DNA of 64,000 nt, taken from positions 9,145 through 73,144 of the forward strand of contig SVSX01000003.1 in the NCBI GenBank assembly GCA_015064085.1, given 5' to 3'. Under the pieces are notes generated by a model. It worked only from the letters and a program-made list of their open reading frames with translations. It searched no databases and was not told where the DNA came from. This DNA comes from Oscillospiraceae bacterium. Its GTDB lineage: Bacteria > Bacillota > Clostridia > Oscillospirales > CAG-272. Positions 27,766-36,214 of the stretch are shown piece by piece. Position numbers and translations under genes: made by a program. Every line of letters starts with the position of its first letter. The first letter of the stretch is position 1.

Positions 27766-28808
27766 TCCGCAAACGCCTCCTTTATCTCGTTACTGCAAAC
27801 AAATTCGCGAAGTAGCGCACCGAGAGTCTCGGCATCCTCAAGGTTAAGTATCTCATTATAGGTGTGCATACTCTTTATCGGCAGACCGATATCGACCGTC
27901 GGCACTCCTCTTCCCACAAGATTGAGGGCGGGGGTATTTGTTCCCGTTGTGGAGGGAGCGGCGACCCTTGCGAATTTAATATCCTTTGAGCGGCAGAGCT
28001 CCTCGGTCATAAGTGTAAGTCTTCTGTCGGTTATGGGGGAGTGAGCTATAGACACGCCGCCCTTAAGCTCCAGGGTTTCAGCCTTTGGAGTGTCGGGAGT
28101 CCTGGCGAAGTTAACGTCGATGACCATTGCGTAGTCGGGATCAAGTGAAAAGGCGGCGGGGGCGATGCCTCCTATGCGCACCGTCTCCTCGTGGCAGGAG
28201 AGAACGAGATAAACGTCGCCCGCAAGCTCATCGGCACTTATTTTTGAGAGTGCGTGGAGAGCTACAGCGGCGCACGCCTTGTCGTCAAAGGATTTTCCCG
28301 CGATACAGCCGTCAAGAAGCTCGGTATATCTCGGCGCGAAGCCTACGGCAGAGCCTATAGGCACGAGCTCACATATCTCCTCCTTTGAGTATCCCGTGTC
28401 AATGAGAAGCTCATCGATCGGAACGGTCTTGTCCGAGTCACCCGAGCCTCTGAGGTGAGGGGGAGTTGAGGCGATAACACCTCTGAGTTTTTCCTTTCCG
28501 TAGATCACCACGTCGGATGCCTGAAGGATAGATCTGTCAAGACCGCCTATAGAGGTGACCGAAAGAAATCCGCCCTCCTTAACGTCGGTGACCATCATTC
28601 CTATCTCGTCGAAATGGGTATCGACAAGTATCTTCGGAGGGTTCTCCTTGTTGCATTTACGCAAAAGGATAATATTGCCCACAGCGTCCTGCTTTATTTC
28701 GTCAAAATCATTATTCAAAAGCCTTTTCAGCTCATCGAACGACCCTTCCTCAAAGGAGGACACCGTCATAAGTGAGCATAGGGAAAATATCAGTTCCTTA
28801 AGTTCCAT
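27762..28808 (-). CDS. M42 family metallopeptidase (paralog 1 of 3)
   Basis: THFDEIGMMVT, FDDKACA and HEETVRIGG motifs, more divergent metal-ligand context. Its stop overlaps the next start by 4 nt. Confidence 0.8.
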   Translation of the reverse strand: MELKELIFSLCSLMTVSSFEEGSFDELKRLLNNDFDEIKQDAVGNIILLRKCNKENPPKILVDTHFDEIGMMVTDVKEGGFLSVTSIGGLDRSILQASDVVIYGKEKLRGVIASTPPHLRGSGDSDKTVPIDELLIDTGYSKEEICELVPIGSAVGFAPRYTELLDGCIAGKSFDDKACAAVALHALSKISADELAGDVYLVLSCHEETVRIGGIAPAAFSLDPDYAMVIDVNFARTPDTPKAETLELKGGVSIAHSPITDRRLTLMTEELCRSKDIKFARVAAPSTTGTNTPALNLVGRGVPTVDIGLPIKSMHTYNEILNLEDAETLGALLREFVCSNEIKEAFAE

Positions 28809-28826
28809 TTTGTCTCCGTTCGGGTC

Positions 28827-30368
28827 TCAGCCCCAATATTTTTTGTCAAGGCTCCTGTATTGGATAGCCTCGGCGATATGCTTGGCGTCGATCATTTCGC
28901 ACTTGTCAAGGTCGGCAATAGTCCTTGCCACCCTCATTATTCTGTCGTATCCGCGGACAGACATTCCCATTCTTTCATAAGCAGCCTTCAGCAGTATTCC
29001 TGCCGAGTCGGTCATCTTGCAGTATTTGCCGATGTCGGCGGCGCTGAGCTGCGCGTTGCAGAATATCCGCGAGTCCTCACTGAGCCTCGCACGTGCGAAC
29101 TCTCTCGCCTCGCAGACTCTCTTTCTGATATCCGCGGAGCTTTCCGCCGTCTCGGGCGCTTTATTTATTTCGTCGTATGAAAGAGAGGGAAGCTCGATCT
29201 GTATATCTATTCTGTCGAGCATAGGTCCGCTTATCTTGGATATGTAGCGCTTTACGTCGACAGGTGAGCAGGTGCATTTTTGTGTTGGGTGACCGAAATA
29301 TCCGCATCTGCAGGGATTCATAGCTCCCACAAGCATAAAGGAGCAGGGATAGGTCACTCGTCCGTTGGCACGGGTTATAGTTACCTGTCTGTCCTCAACG
29401 GGCTGACGGAGAGCGTCTGTGACCGCCTTCGGAAATTCGGGCAGCTCGTCGAGAAAAAGTACGCCGTTGTGTGAAAGAGAGACCTCACCGGGCAGGGGAT
29501 TGATACCGCCGCCGACAAGGCTCACGGTGCTCATCGTGTGATGAGGGGAGCGGAAGGGGCGCTGAGAAAGGAGCGAGATATTCTCGGGGAGAGTTCCCGC
29601 TACCGAATGTATCTTGGTAGTCTCTATCGCCTCGTCGAAGGTCATAGGAGGGAGAATGGTGGAAAGTCTTTTGGCAAGCATAGACTTTCCCGTTCCGGGA
29701 GGTCCTATGAGGAGAATGTTGTGTCCGCCCGCGGCGGCGATCTCCATAGCTCTCTTTGCCATTGCCTGACCTCGGACGTCGGAAAAATCAATGGGAGAAG
29801 CCCCGAGGGCGCTCTTTCCCTCGTTCGGGATATATCTCACGGGCTCAAGGAGCGCCGTGCCGTTCAGGTGCTCTACAAGCTCTCTCATATTTTTCGGCGC
29901 GTATACAGTTATTCCCTCAACAGCCGCCGCCTCGGCGGCGTTTTCGGGCGGAGCGTAAAATTCCTTAAATCCCGAGTCTCTTGCCGAGGCGCACATACAG
30001 AGGACGCCTCTGACCGAGCGGAGCTCTCCCGAAAGCGAAAGCTCACCCGTAAAGCATTTATTTGAAAAATCCACCTCGTGGCGGACGATACCGCCGCATC
30101 TCAGTATCGAGAGCAATATTGCCGTATCGAGGGATGAGCCCTCCTTCTTTCTGTCTGCGGGGGCGAGATTTATGGTCTTGTCGAGAGGGGGGAAGCGAAA
30201 GCCGCTGTTTTCGCATGCGGTACGTACTCGCTCCTTTGCTTCCTTGACCGCAAGGTCGGGAAGACCCACAAGCTCGAATTTCGGTATGTTTGATCGGGAA
30301 TTGCACTCTACGGTAACGATATAGCCGTCTATTCCGTAAAGACCCGCGCTGTAAACTGTTGAGAGCAT
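28827..30368 (-). CDS. YifB/ComM family Mg-chelatase-like AAA+ ATPase
   Basis: N-terminal Lon-like domain, Walker A GPPGTGKS and a C-terminal ChlI-like region. 513 aa. Confidence 0.9.
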   Translation of the reverse strand: MLSTVYSAGLYGIDGYIVTVECNSRSNIPKFELVGLPDLAVKEAKERVRTACENSGFRFPPLDKTINLAPADRKKEGSSLDTAILLSILRCGGIVRHEVDFSNKCFTGELSLSGELRSVRGVLCMCASARDSGFKEFYAPPENAAEAAAVEGITVYAPKNMRELVEHLNGTALLEPVRYIPNEGKSALGASPIDFSDVRGQAMAKRAMEIAAAGGHNILLIGPPGTGKSMLAKRLSTILPPMTFDEAIETTKIHSVAGTLPENISLLSQRPFRSPHHTMSTVSLVGGGINPLPGEVSLSHNGVLFLDELPEFPKAVTDALRQPVEDRQVTITRANGRVTYPCSFMLVGAMNPCRCGYFGHPTQKCTCSPVDVKRYISKISGPMLDRIDIQIELPSLSYDEINKAPETAESSADIRKRVCEAREFARARLSEDSRIFCNAQLSAADIGKYCKMTDSAGILLKAAYERMGMSVRGYDRIMRVARTIADLDKCEMIDAKHIAEAIQYRSLDKKYWG

Positions 30369-30544
30369 TTAAAAACCTTCCATAAAAATATAATTACACT
30401 TATTTTATCATATAATTCACCTCTTTACAATAACAATGGAAAAATTTTAATAATTTCTTTTCAATCTGTCTCAAGTGATGGTTGAAAGAAATCCTCTTCG
30501 CGGTTATTGCAAAAAAGCGAAGCAGTGTATAATCAATATAAAAA

Positions 30545-30579
30545 GCGGTTGTCCCAATTTTTTATTCGAGACAGCCGCC
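30545..30579. terminator. bidirectional terminator-like hairpin downstream of the nucleoside hydrolase gene
   Basis: GCGGTTGTC ... GACAGCCGC stem flanked by an A-run and a T-run. Confidence 0.55.
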
Positions 30580-30590
30580 TTTTTTATTAT

Positions 30591-31499
30591 TTATCTTTTT
30601 TCTGAAAGAGTCCTGAAGAGCTCGGCGTAGATCGGGTTTCGCTGAAGTCTGCGCACGTAGATATAGGGTGCTCTTGCCATATCGAAGGAGTATTTCATCT
30701 CAGAGGTTATGAACGGGCGGGGAATGACCACCGTTTCGAACGCCTCGGGAATGGTGAGGATAGCGGGAGCGGTTACGTCCCAGATGACCTTAGACCATCC
30801 GTATTCCGACCTTCCGAGCTCCTTGTTATAGCTTTTGGTGAGTGTTACAAGATAGTCGCAGAGCTCATTTTTGCCCGACAGATAATACTCGAGCTCGGGT
30901 ACTGTGGTGATGAGCTCAGAGCACATACCGCGGCAGGGAATGTGAATTATCGGTATGCCGCTGTCAAAGACTACTTGAGAGGCGAGAAGGTCGCCGCGCA
31001 GATTGAATTCCGCTGTGTCGGGGCAGTGAAGGGCGTGTCCGCCAAGCCAGATGACCACAGCCTTGTCAACTATCTCGGGATATTTGATTATTGCCGAGGC
31101 GACATTCGTGATAGCGCCGACGGCGGCAATATACACAGTTTCCTCAGAGGAGAGGACCAGCTCGGCGATCTTGTCTGCCGCCTCTGACTCCACGGGTGTG
31201 TCTGCGGAGCTAAGGAATTCCGACGAGCCTCTGTATATGGGGGTGGAATAGCTCGGGTCTGTCAGCTTAGCTATCTTGAATATCTCGTGATAGCTTTGCT
31301 CCATTCCGTCGCCTGCAGAACTTGATCGACTGTTGAAAAAGGGAGCGGCGCAGATCGCCATAAGATTTATCTTCTCGGAGGAGAGCATCGAGTAGGCAAT
31401 GGCGTACTGATCGTCTACCTCGTTGTACGCGTCGGTGTCGAGGATCATATTCTTTTTTGTGGGGCTCTTGATGTCGAGCAGAATGTCATTCATATTCAT
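30591..31499 (-). CDS. nucleoside hydrolase (IUNH family)
   Basis: N-terminal aspartate cluster ILDTDAYNEVDDQYAI. The Met at 31499 has a GAGG RBS. The ORF is open to 31520. Confidence 0.8.
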   Translation of the reverse strand: MNMNDILLDIKSPTKKNMILDTDAYNEVDDQYAIAYSMLSSEKINLMAICAAPFFNSRSSSAGDGMEQSYHEIFKIAKLTDPSYSTPIYRGSSEFLSSADTPVESEAADKIAELVLSSEETVYIAAVGAITNVASAIIKYPEIVDKAVVIWLGGHALHCPDTAEFNLRGDLLASQVVFDSGIPIIHIPCRGMCSELITTVPELEYYLSGKNELCDYLVTLTKSYNKELGRSEYGWSKVIWDVTAPAILTIPEAFETVVIPRPFITSEMKYSFDMARAPYIYVRRLQRNPIYAELFRTLSEKR

Positions 31500-31523
31500 A
31501 GCGTTTACCTCTGAAATCATTAG

Positions 31524-32138
31524 TCAATCAAAATTTTTCTTGATCTCAGCTCCAAAATGAAGCGGATCAAAATGATCGTTTATCTCCCATAAGTAGCTGT
31601 ACAGATACAGAATATGTGTGTAATGAGGGGGCTTGACTATATATTGCTTATAATCGGCAAAGCGTTCCCAAAACTCGTCCGATGTGTAACGTTCGGGAAG
31701 ATCGGATAATAATTTCGCGAAGGAATCTGCCTGATCGTCAGAAAGTGACATCCGAACGCTGTAAACCGAAGGATTTGGCAAATTTGGTGATTTGTCAAAT
31801 TTTTCTTTTGCTTTTGGATTTTCTGCAAAAGCGGCTTCAATTGCCATCGCTGTATCGTGCGAAACGGGCTGACAATTTTTTGCGTCAAGAAATTCGCAGG
31901 CATTGCTTGGCTTCATTTTGGGGGTAAAGCCCTTTTTGAGGACTACCCAATCTCCGAGCCTGTCACCCTTTTTCCAGGACAGACCGTTATAAGAATAATC
32001 CTCATCTGCATATTTTGGAAAAATGGCAACAACCTTCCAATAACCCGCGCTATATTGTGTAACCCAATCTCCGATCTTTAACGCGGTTAAGGGCTGATTT
32101 GTTTTTTCTTTCTTCCTGAACGCATCAAACATTCCCAT
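31524..32138 (-). CDS. hypothetical protein, 204 aa, AT-rich gene
   Basis: AGAGG RBS. No recognisable motif. Repeated GDWV segments (IGDWVTQYSAGYWKVV, LGDWVVLKKGF). Stop lies 4 nt before the extended nucleoside hydrolase ORF. Confidence 0.6.
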   Translation of the reverse strand: MGMFDAFRKKEKTNQPLTALKIGDWVTQYSAGYWKVVAIFPKYADEDYSYNGLSWKKGDRLGDWVVLKKGFTPKMKPSNACEFLDAKNCQPVSHDTAMAIEAAFAENPKAKEKFDKSPNLPNPSVYSVRMSLSDDQADSFAKLLSDLPERYTSDEFWERFADYKQYIVKPPHYTHILYLYSYLWEINDHFDPLHFGAEIKKNFD

Positions 32139-32182
32139 ATTTTTTACCTCTTGTTCTTTTTATTGTACAGCTTCATTATTTT

Positions 32183-32314
32183 TTAGTCGGTATCAAGCTC
32201 CTTCGCGATAGCTTCAAGGTCTAAAGCAAAATATTCGCTTATAGAGGCCTTTCTTTCGTCCCATTTATCAAAGTTTCTGGTATCATAATCAAGTAGGTTG
32301 TAAGCTATTGTCAT
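32183..32314 (-). CDS. possible small ORF (43 aa), not in the supplied ORF track
   Basis: Hand translation MTIAYNLLDYDTRNFDKWDERKASISEYFALDLEAIAKELDTD fills the gap between two same-strand genes. RBS is weak. Confidence 0.25.
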   Translation of the reverse strand: MTIAYNLLDYDTRNFDKWDERKASISEYFALDLEAIAKELDTD

Positions 32315-32344
32315 TTCCGAGAATGTAAAAATGACGGATAAGGA

Positions 32345-33028
32345 TTATTCAACAATGAATTTGGTTACCCATTCTTCGGGTAAAACATACTCAACACCAT
32401 CGATCGTTATTGAATAAGCTTTATCGTCAAATGACATTACCACCAAAGGTATAAATATATTGACATCTTCCTGTATAATGCCGCAGACATATCCGTAAGC
32501 ATAACAATTTTTTAGCATGCCGTCAGGCTGCGTTATTAAATCATACAGACCTGCATCTTTTGCTGTTTGTCCGGCTTTGATTTCAGTCAAAAATCGCTCG
32601 CAGTCGGTAATGCTTTTTTTGGAGATTTGGTTAGCCTCGTGAAAAAGAGTTGCTTTCACAAACTCAAATCTGATGCAATTTTCGAGAGTGACTTCTGTTG
32701 TCAGTAAATCGGATTTTACGTATATAGCGGCAAACTCATTATCAGGAAAATATCTTACCAAAACATCCCGACTGCCATTAACAGAATACATTCCTGTTTT
32801 AATCGTACTTCTGAGATGATCAAATTGCTTTTTTTCTCCTTTTATATGACCGATAAACTCCCACTCACCAAAGCAATAAACTATGCCTTCGTTGCCGACA
32901 AAAGTATATTCCGTGCCGTCATTTGCCACTACAGCTTTGTTATCGATTTCTTTAAATTTGGTGTTGCTACAAGATACAAATGAACACACGATTGCCAAAC
33001 AGAGAATAACAGCTAATACTTTTTTCAT
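32345..33028 (-). CDS. hypothetical lipoprotein, AT-rich gene
   Basis: AAGGAG RBS. Signal peptide with lipobox FVSC. No recognisable domain. Confidence 0.65.
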   Translation of the reverse strand: MKKVLAVILCLAIVCSFVSCSNTKFKEIDNKAVVANDGTEYTFVGNEGIVYCFGEWEFIGHIKGEKKQFDHLRSTIKTGMYSVNGSRDVLVRYFPDNEFAAIYVKSDLLTTEVTLENCIRFEFVKATLFHEANQISKKSITDCERFLTEIKAGQTAKDAGLYDLITQPDGMLKNCYAYGYVCGIIQEDVNIFIPLVVMSFDDKAYSITIDGVEYVLPEEWVTKFIVE

Positions 33029-33298
33029 AGCAGGATCTCCTTTTTTAAATCAGATTTCACATTTTTATTATACTATATCCAATCCCAAAAGTCAATAAGG
33101 GGCTGTCACAAATGTGAATTTGTGACAGCCCCTTTTAGGGGATAGTCAGATTTGAGCAAGAAGCGTCGTTCTTCGGGGCGTGAGGCGTACAAAGGTACGT
33201 CGAGCCCCGAAAACGGCGGTAGAAAAAGTCCATAAAATTTGAGAATTTCGAAGAAATTCGACCTATTACTGTCTCATTTTCGTTTCTTTATTGATGTA

Positions 33299-33327
33299 TT
33301 GACAGAATTTGAGAAAAATGCTATAAT
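33299..33327 (+). promoter_or_regulatory. consensus-like sigma-A promoter motif inside the element
   Basis: TTGACA (33299-33304), 17 nt, TATAAT (33322-33327). The -10 box overlaps the first plausible ATG (33326) of the cargo ORF, so either the promoter or the start assignment is uncertain. Confidence 0.4.
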
Positions 33328-33706
33328 GGATGCTGTTGAAAATGCATGTGTTATCACAAAAGACGGAAAAGTATATAAATGCTTTGGTGTTAAAGATCGT
33401 GTATTCCCTGATTTTGATCTTGGGGAAGAATTTTTTGGTGCCACAATGTCACATAATCATCCTATTACAGAAACTATGTTTTCATTCAGCAAAGATGACC
33501 TTGACCTGTTTGAAAAATATCATCTTGAGATGTTACGTGGTTGTGATGAAAAATATACATACCAGTTTACACGAAACGCAAAGGACATTGACGAATTCGT
33601 TGATTATGATATTACCAAAATAACCGAAGAAGTTTACCAGCATTCAAGGGTTATTCAAATGGCACAGCAATATGGTATTGGATATAGGCGGTGGAAAAAT
33701 GAATAA
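33326..33706 (+). CDS. small JAB/MPN (RadC-like) domain protein, tentative
   Basis: SHNHPITETMFSFSKDD resembles the RadC/JAMM HNHPxxxxxxSxxD motif, with an upstream Glu (AVENACVITKDGKV). The start is uncertain and the ORF is open from 33239. Confidence 0.45.
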   Translation: MDAVENACVITKDGKVYKCFGVKDRVFPDFDLGEEFFGATMSHNHPITETMFSFSKDDLDLFEKYHLEMLRGCDEKYTYQFTRNAKDIDEFVDYDITKITEEVYQHSRVIQMAQQYGIGYRRWKNE

Positions 33707-33896
33707 AGAACAAGCCAAAACAGAATATATTAAAATCCTTAACGAATCCATAAAGGAAGAAGAAAGGATCACACAAGAAGCCAAGAAAAACGGAACTTGG
33801 AAAATGGGACTTGATTCAAATAAAGAATTATTCACCGAACTTCATAAAAAAACCATTGAAAAAATCAATTTACTTAAATCAATGATAGATGAATAA
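33699..33896 (+). CDS. small helical (coiled-coil-like) protein, 65 aa
   Basis: MNKEQAKTEYIKILNESIKEEERITQEAKK... The start overlaps the upstream ORF stop by 8 nt, suggesting translational coupling. Confidence 0.45.
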   Translation: MNKEQAKTEYIKILNESIKEEERITQEAKKNGTWKMGLDSNKELFTELHKKTIEKINLLKSMIDE

Positions 33897-33903
33897 AAAC
33901 AAA

Positions 33904-33976
33904 AGCACTTTGCATCCGCAAGGTGCTTTTATAATACAACAATTCCACCACAGGACAACAATCCTGTGGTGTTTTT
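33904..33976 (+). terminator. two consecutive hairpin plus T-run terminators after the cargo ORFs
   Basis: AGCACTTTGC/GCAAGGTGCT plus TTTT (33904-33930) and CACCACAGGA/TCCTGTGGTG plus TTTTT (33946-33976). Confidence 0.6.
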
Positions 33977-34162
33977 GTAAGCACATCCAATTGGGTGTGT
34001 TTTTTTTATACCCAAAAACATCGTGGTGGATGTAAAAACACTATTCCAAAAATATCAAGATCGAAAACTTGTAAAAAGCGTAAAGAAAGGAATGCGTAAA
34101 TGGGATCTTTTTATTTATTTTCGGACTTTTTCGGTCTTGCCAAATGTGACAGCCCCTTACTT

Positions 34163-34273
34163 TTACATCTTCATTTTTTTGTCAAAGGATGGGTTACAAG
34201 CGTAGAAATTTTTGGAGTCCAGATTGTCCTGAGCTATCCGCAGAGCCTCGGCGAGGAGGTCAATATGAAGCAT
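34163..34273 (-). pseudogene. duplicated 3' fragment of the Mn-catalase (cotJC) gene
   Basis: 34155-34250 is identical to 35288-35383. It encodes ...AEALRIAQDNLDSKNFYACNPSFDKKMKM, the CotJC C-terminus. Only 36 codons remain. Confidence 0.8.
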
Positions 34274-34279
34274 TTTTAA

Positions 34280-35197
34280 TTAACCGATATCAACCGGATT
34301 ATAGTATGAATGAACCTTTACGTTGGGATTGCAATATTTTCTGATTTCTTCTGCATCTTTTTCCAAAAAATAAATTTCTTCAAGCTTTTCCAAGCCGGTT
34401 AAATCCGGGATAATCTCTACCTTTTTTTGATTTGAAATAATGATCTTTTTCAAATTTGGAAATTGAAGTAAAAAGCTCAAATCGGTTAGTTTTTTGTTCA
34501 TCCATAAACTAACTTCTTCAATTGATTCGTTTGTTCCAAAAGTGTCAAAATATGCAATGTTCTGTAAACTAAGGTATATTTTTCGCACCTGCATTTCTCG
34601 GAGAAAACTATAATCCTTTATGTCAACCGATCTTAAATAGAGTTTTTTCAAATTCTCAAATTCGCTTAATTTATCTAAGCCTTTTTTTACATTTCTAATC
34701 CCAAGGCTTTCAAGATCAGTCATATGAAGAATATCTTTGATATCCATTTTATATGTTTTATCTTCCAACTCTACAGTTAAACCTTTAATAGAGGGACTGA
34801 CGTTTTTTAAAAAGCCATAATCTTTCACATGAAAACAACTTAATGCTAAAAAATCTAAATTCATTTTCTCAAGAACATCAATGTTTTCTATTTCACTCCA
34901 TATATCCAAGTGAAGCGATTTTAAATGAGTCAATTGAGATAAATAGGATATGTCTACGCTTTTACTACTCCAGCTATAGTCTCTAAAAGCGATGTTGGGA
35001 TTAATTCTGAATATCTCATCTAAAATATAAAGTTCATTGCTTGATGGCGTTTTTGTGGTTTGTATATGACTCAACTCCGAATTCGCAAGAGCATCAATTA
35101 TTGTTTTATCACTTGCTGTTAGAGCAAATGCATCTTTATGTAAATCACTTCTAAATGGCAATTGAAAAAACTTGGCTGTGCTAACGTAAGAACCCAT
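34280..35197 (-). CDS. leucine-rich repeat protein with no signal peptide, very AT-rich gene
   Basis: AAGGAG RBS before MGSYVST. Repeated LxxLxL units (LTHLKSLHLD, LESLGIRNV, LKKLYLRSV, LKKIIISN, LEKLEEIYF). Confidence 0.7.
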   Translation of the reverse strand: MGSYVSTAKFFQLPFRSDLHKDAFALTASDKTIIDALANSELSHIQTTKTPSSNELYILDEIFRINPNIAFRDYSWSSKSVDISYLSQLTHLKSLHLDIWSEIENIDVLEKMNLDFLALSCFHVKDYGFLKNVSPSIKGLTVELEDKTYKMDIKDILHMTDLESLGIRNVKKGLDKLSEFENLKKLYLRSVDIKDYSFLREMQVRKIYLSLQNIAYFDTFGTNESIEEVSLWMNKKLTDLSFLLQFPNLKKIIISNQKKVEIIPDLTGLEKLEEIYFLEKDAEEIRKYCNPNVKVHSYYNPVDIG

Positions 35198-35263
35198 AAC
35201 ATTTCTCCTTTTATCAATTAAGAACTCTGTACAATTATACCATATACAATTCAAAATGTAAAC

Positions 35264-35289
35264 AGGGCGGCTTGATTTTTCAAGCCGCC
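35264..35289 (-). terminator. hairpin terminator downstream of cotJC
   Basis: GGCGGCTTGA-loop-TCAAGCCGCC immediately after the cotJC stop (35296). Confidence 0.55.
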
Positions 35290-35295
35290 TTACTT

Positions 35296-35904
35296 TTACA
35301 TCTTCATTTTTTTGTCAAAGGATGGGTTACAAGCGTAGAAATTTTTGGAGTCCAGATTGTCCTGAGCTATCCGCAGAGCCTCGCCGAAGCGCTGGTAATG
35401 GACCAGCTCTCTTTCTCTGAGAAATTTGATCGGCTCTCGCACGTCGGGGTCATCTGCGATACGGAGAATATTGTCATAGGTCGTTCTTGCCTTCTGCTCT
35501 GCGGCAAGATCCTCGTTAAGGTCGGTGAGGATATCTCCTTTTATTCCAACGTATTTCATATCAAAGGGAACTCCCGCAGCCGACACGGGGTAGACTCCTG
35601 TGGTGTGGTCCACAAAATAGCTCGCAAAGGGTGAAGCGGCTATCTCCTCCTCGGAAAGGTTTCTTGTGAGCTGATAGATTATCGATGCCACCATTTCAAG
35701 ATGTGCCAGCTCCTCTGTTCCCACGTCGGTGAGGATTCCCGTCACTTTATCATAAGGGCAGGAATATCTCTGATGGAGATATCTCATAGATGCTCCCAGC
35801 TCTCCGTCAGGTCCGCCGAGCTGTGATACTATCGCCGTTGCGAGTTTTGGGTTGGGGTTCTTGATCTTTACGGGAAATTGCAGTTTTTTCTCATATATCC
35901 ACAT
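35296..35904 (-). CDS. cotJC: manganese catalase family spore coat protein CotJC
   Basis: MWIYEKKLQFPV...GELGASMRYLHQRY...EELAHLEM di-metal ferritin-like motifs. Downstream of cotJA/cotJB. Confidence 0.9.
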   Translation of the reverse strand: MWIYEKKLQFPVKIKNPNPKLATAIVSQLGGPDGELGASMRYLHQRYSCPYDKVTGILTDVGTEELAHLEMVASIIYQLTRNLSEEEIAASPFASYFVDHTTGVYPVSAAGVPFDMKYVGIKGDILTDLNEDLAAEQKARTTYDNILRIADDPDVREPIKFLRERELVHYQRFGEALRIAQDNLDSKNFYACNPSFDKKMKM

Positions 35905-35917
35905 AGTACTTCTCCTC

Positions 35918-36214
35918 TCAGTTTGCGTCTGTTTCCCAAGGCCACGGACCTTTTGTCCAGGTCCAGCACTCGGTGCTTGTGTTTTCGCGGTGGGTCATCG
36001 GCATATCGGATGCTCCAAGCATTTCAGACAGCTTCTTCCTCTCGGAGAGGAGCTTGTGGTAATAGCAGAGTGCCTTTTGACAGTTCGGGTATGCGTCAAG
36101 ATAAAGAACGGTATCGTAGAGGGCGAAATCTATCATCTGAAGCTTTTTCTTCAGTGAGTCTCCGCCTCCTCCGCATCCGCAGGAAGAGCCTCTTCTGTAA
36201 TTGTTATTTAACAC
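35918..36214 (-). CDS. cotJB: spore coat protein CotJB
   Basis: IDFALYDTVLYLDAYPNCQKALCYYHKL...GPWPWE signature. GTG start at 36214 preceded by AAAGGAGG. The longer 189-aa ORF extension overlaps cotJA. Confidence 0.8.
   Translation of the reverse strand: MLNNNYRRGSSCGCGGGGDSLKKKLQMIDFALYDTVLYLDAYPNCQKALCYYHKLLSERKKLSEMLGASDMPMTHRENTSTECWTWTKGPWPWETDAN

Larger units (their letters stand above)
33099..34156. mobile_element. 1058-bp structured repeat element carrying two small ORFs (long copy of the 309-564 repeat)
   Basis: Perfect 12-bp-stem hairpin at the left end (33099-33132). The right end ...CAAATGTGACAGCCCC repeats the inverted terminal motif. Arms match 309-564. Cargo spans ~33287-34092. 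Confidence 0.7.

Noticed and set aside
33330-33623. 97-aa alternative-frame ORF within the element cargo
   Set aside because: The translation is Leu/Ile/Lys-rich junk. The overlapping frame gives a coherent protein with an HNHP motif.
34023-34205. 60-aa plus-strand ORF
   Set aside because: It starts at a GTG without an RBS, runs through the right terminal repeat of the element into the cotJC remnant, and has a low-complexity translation.
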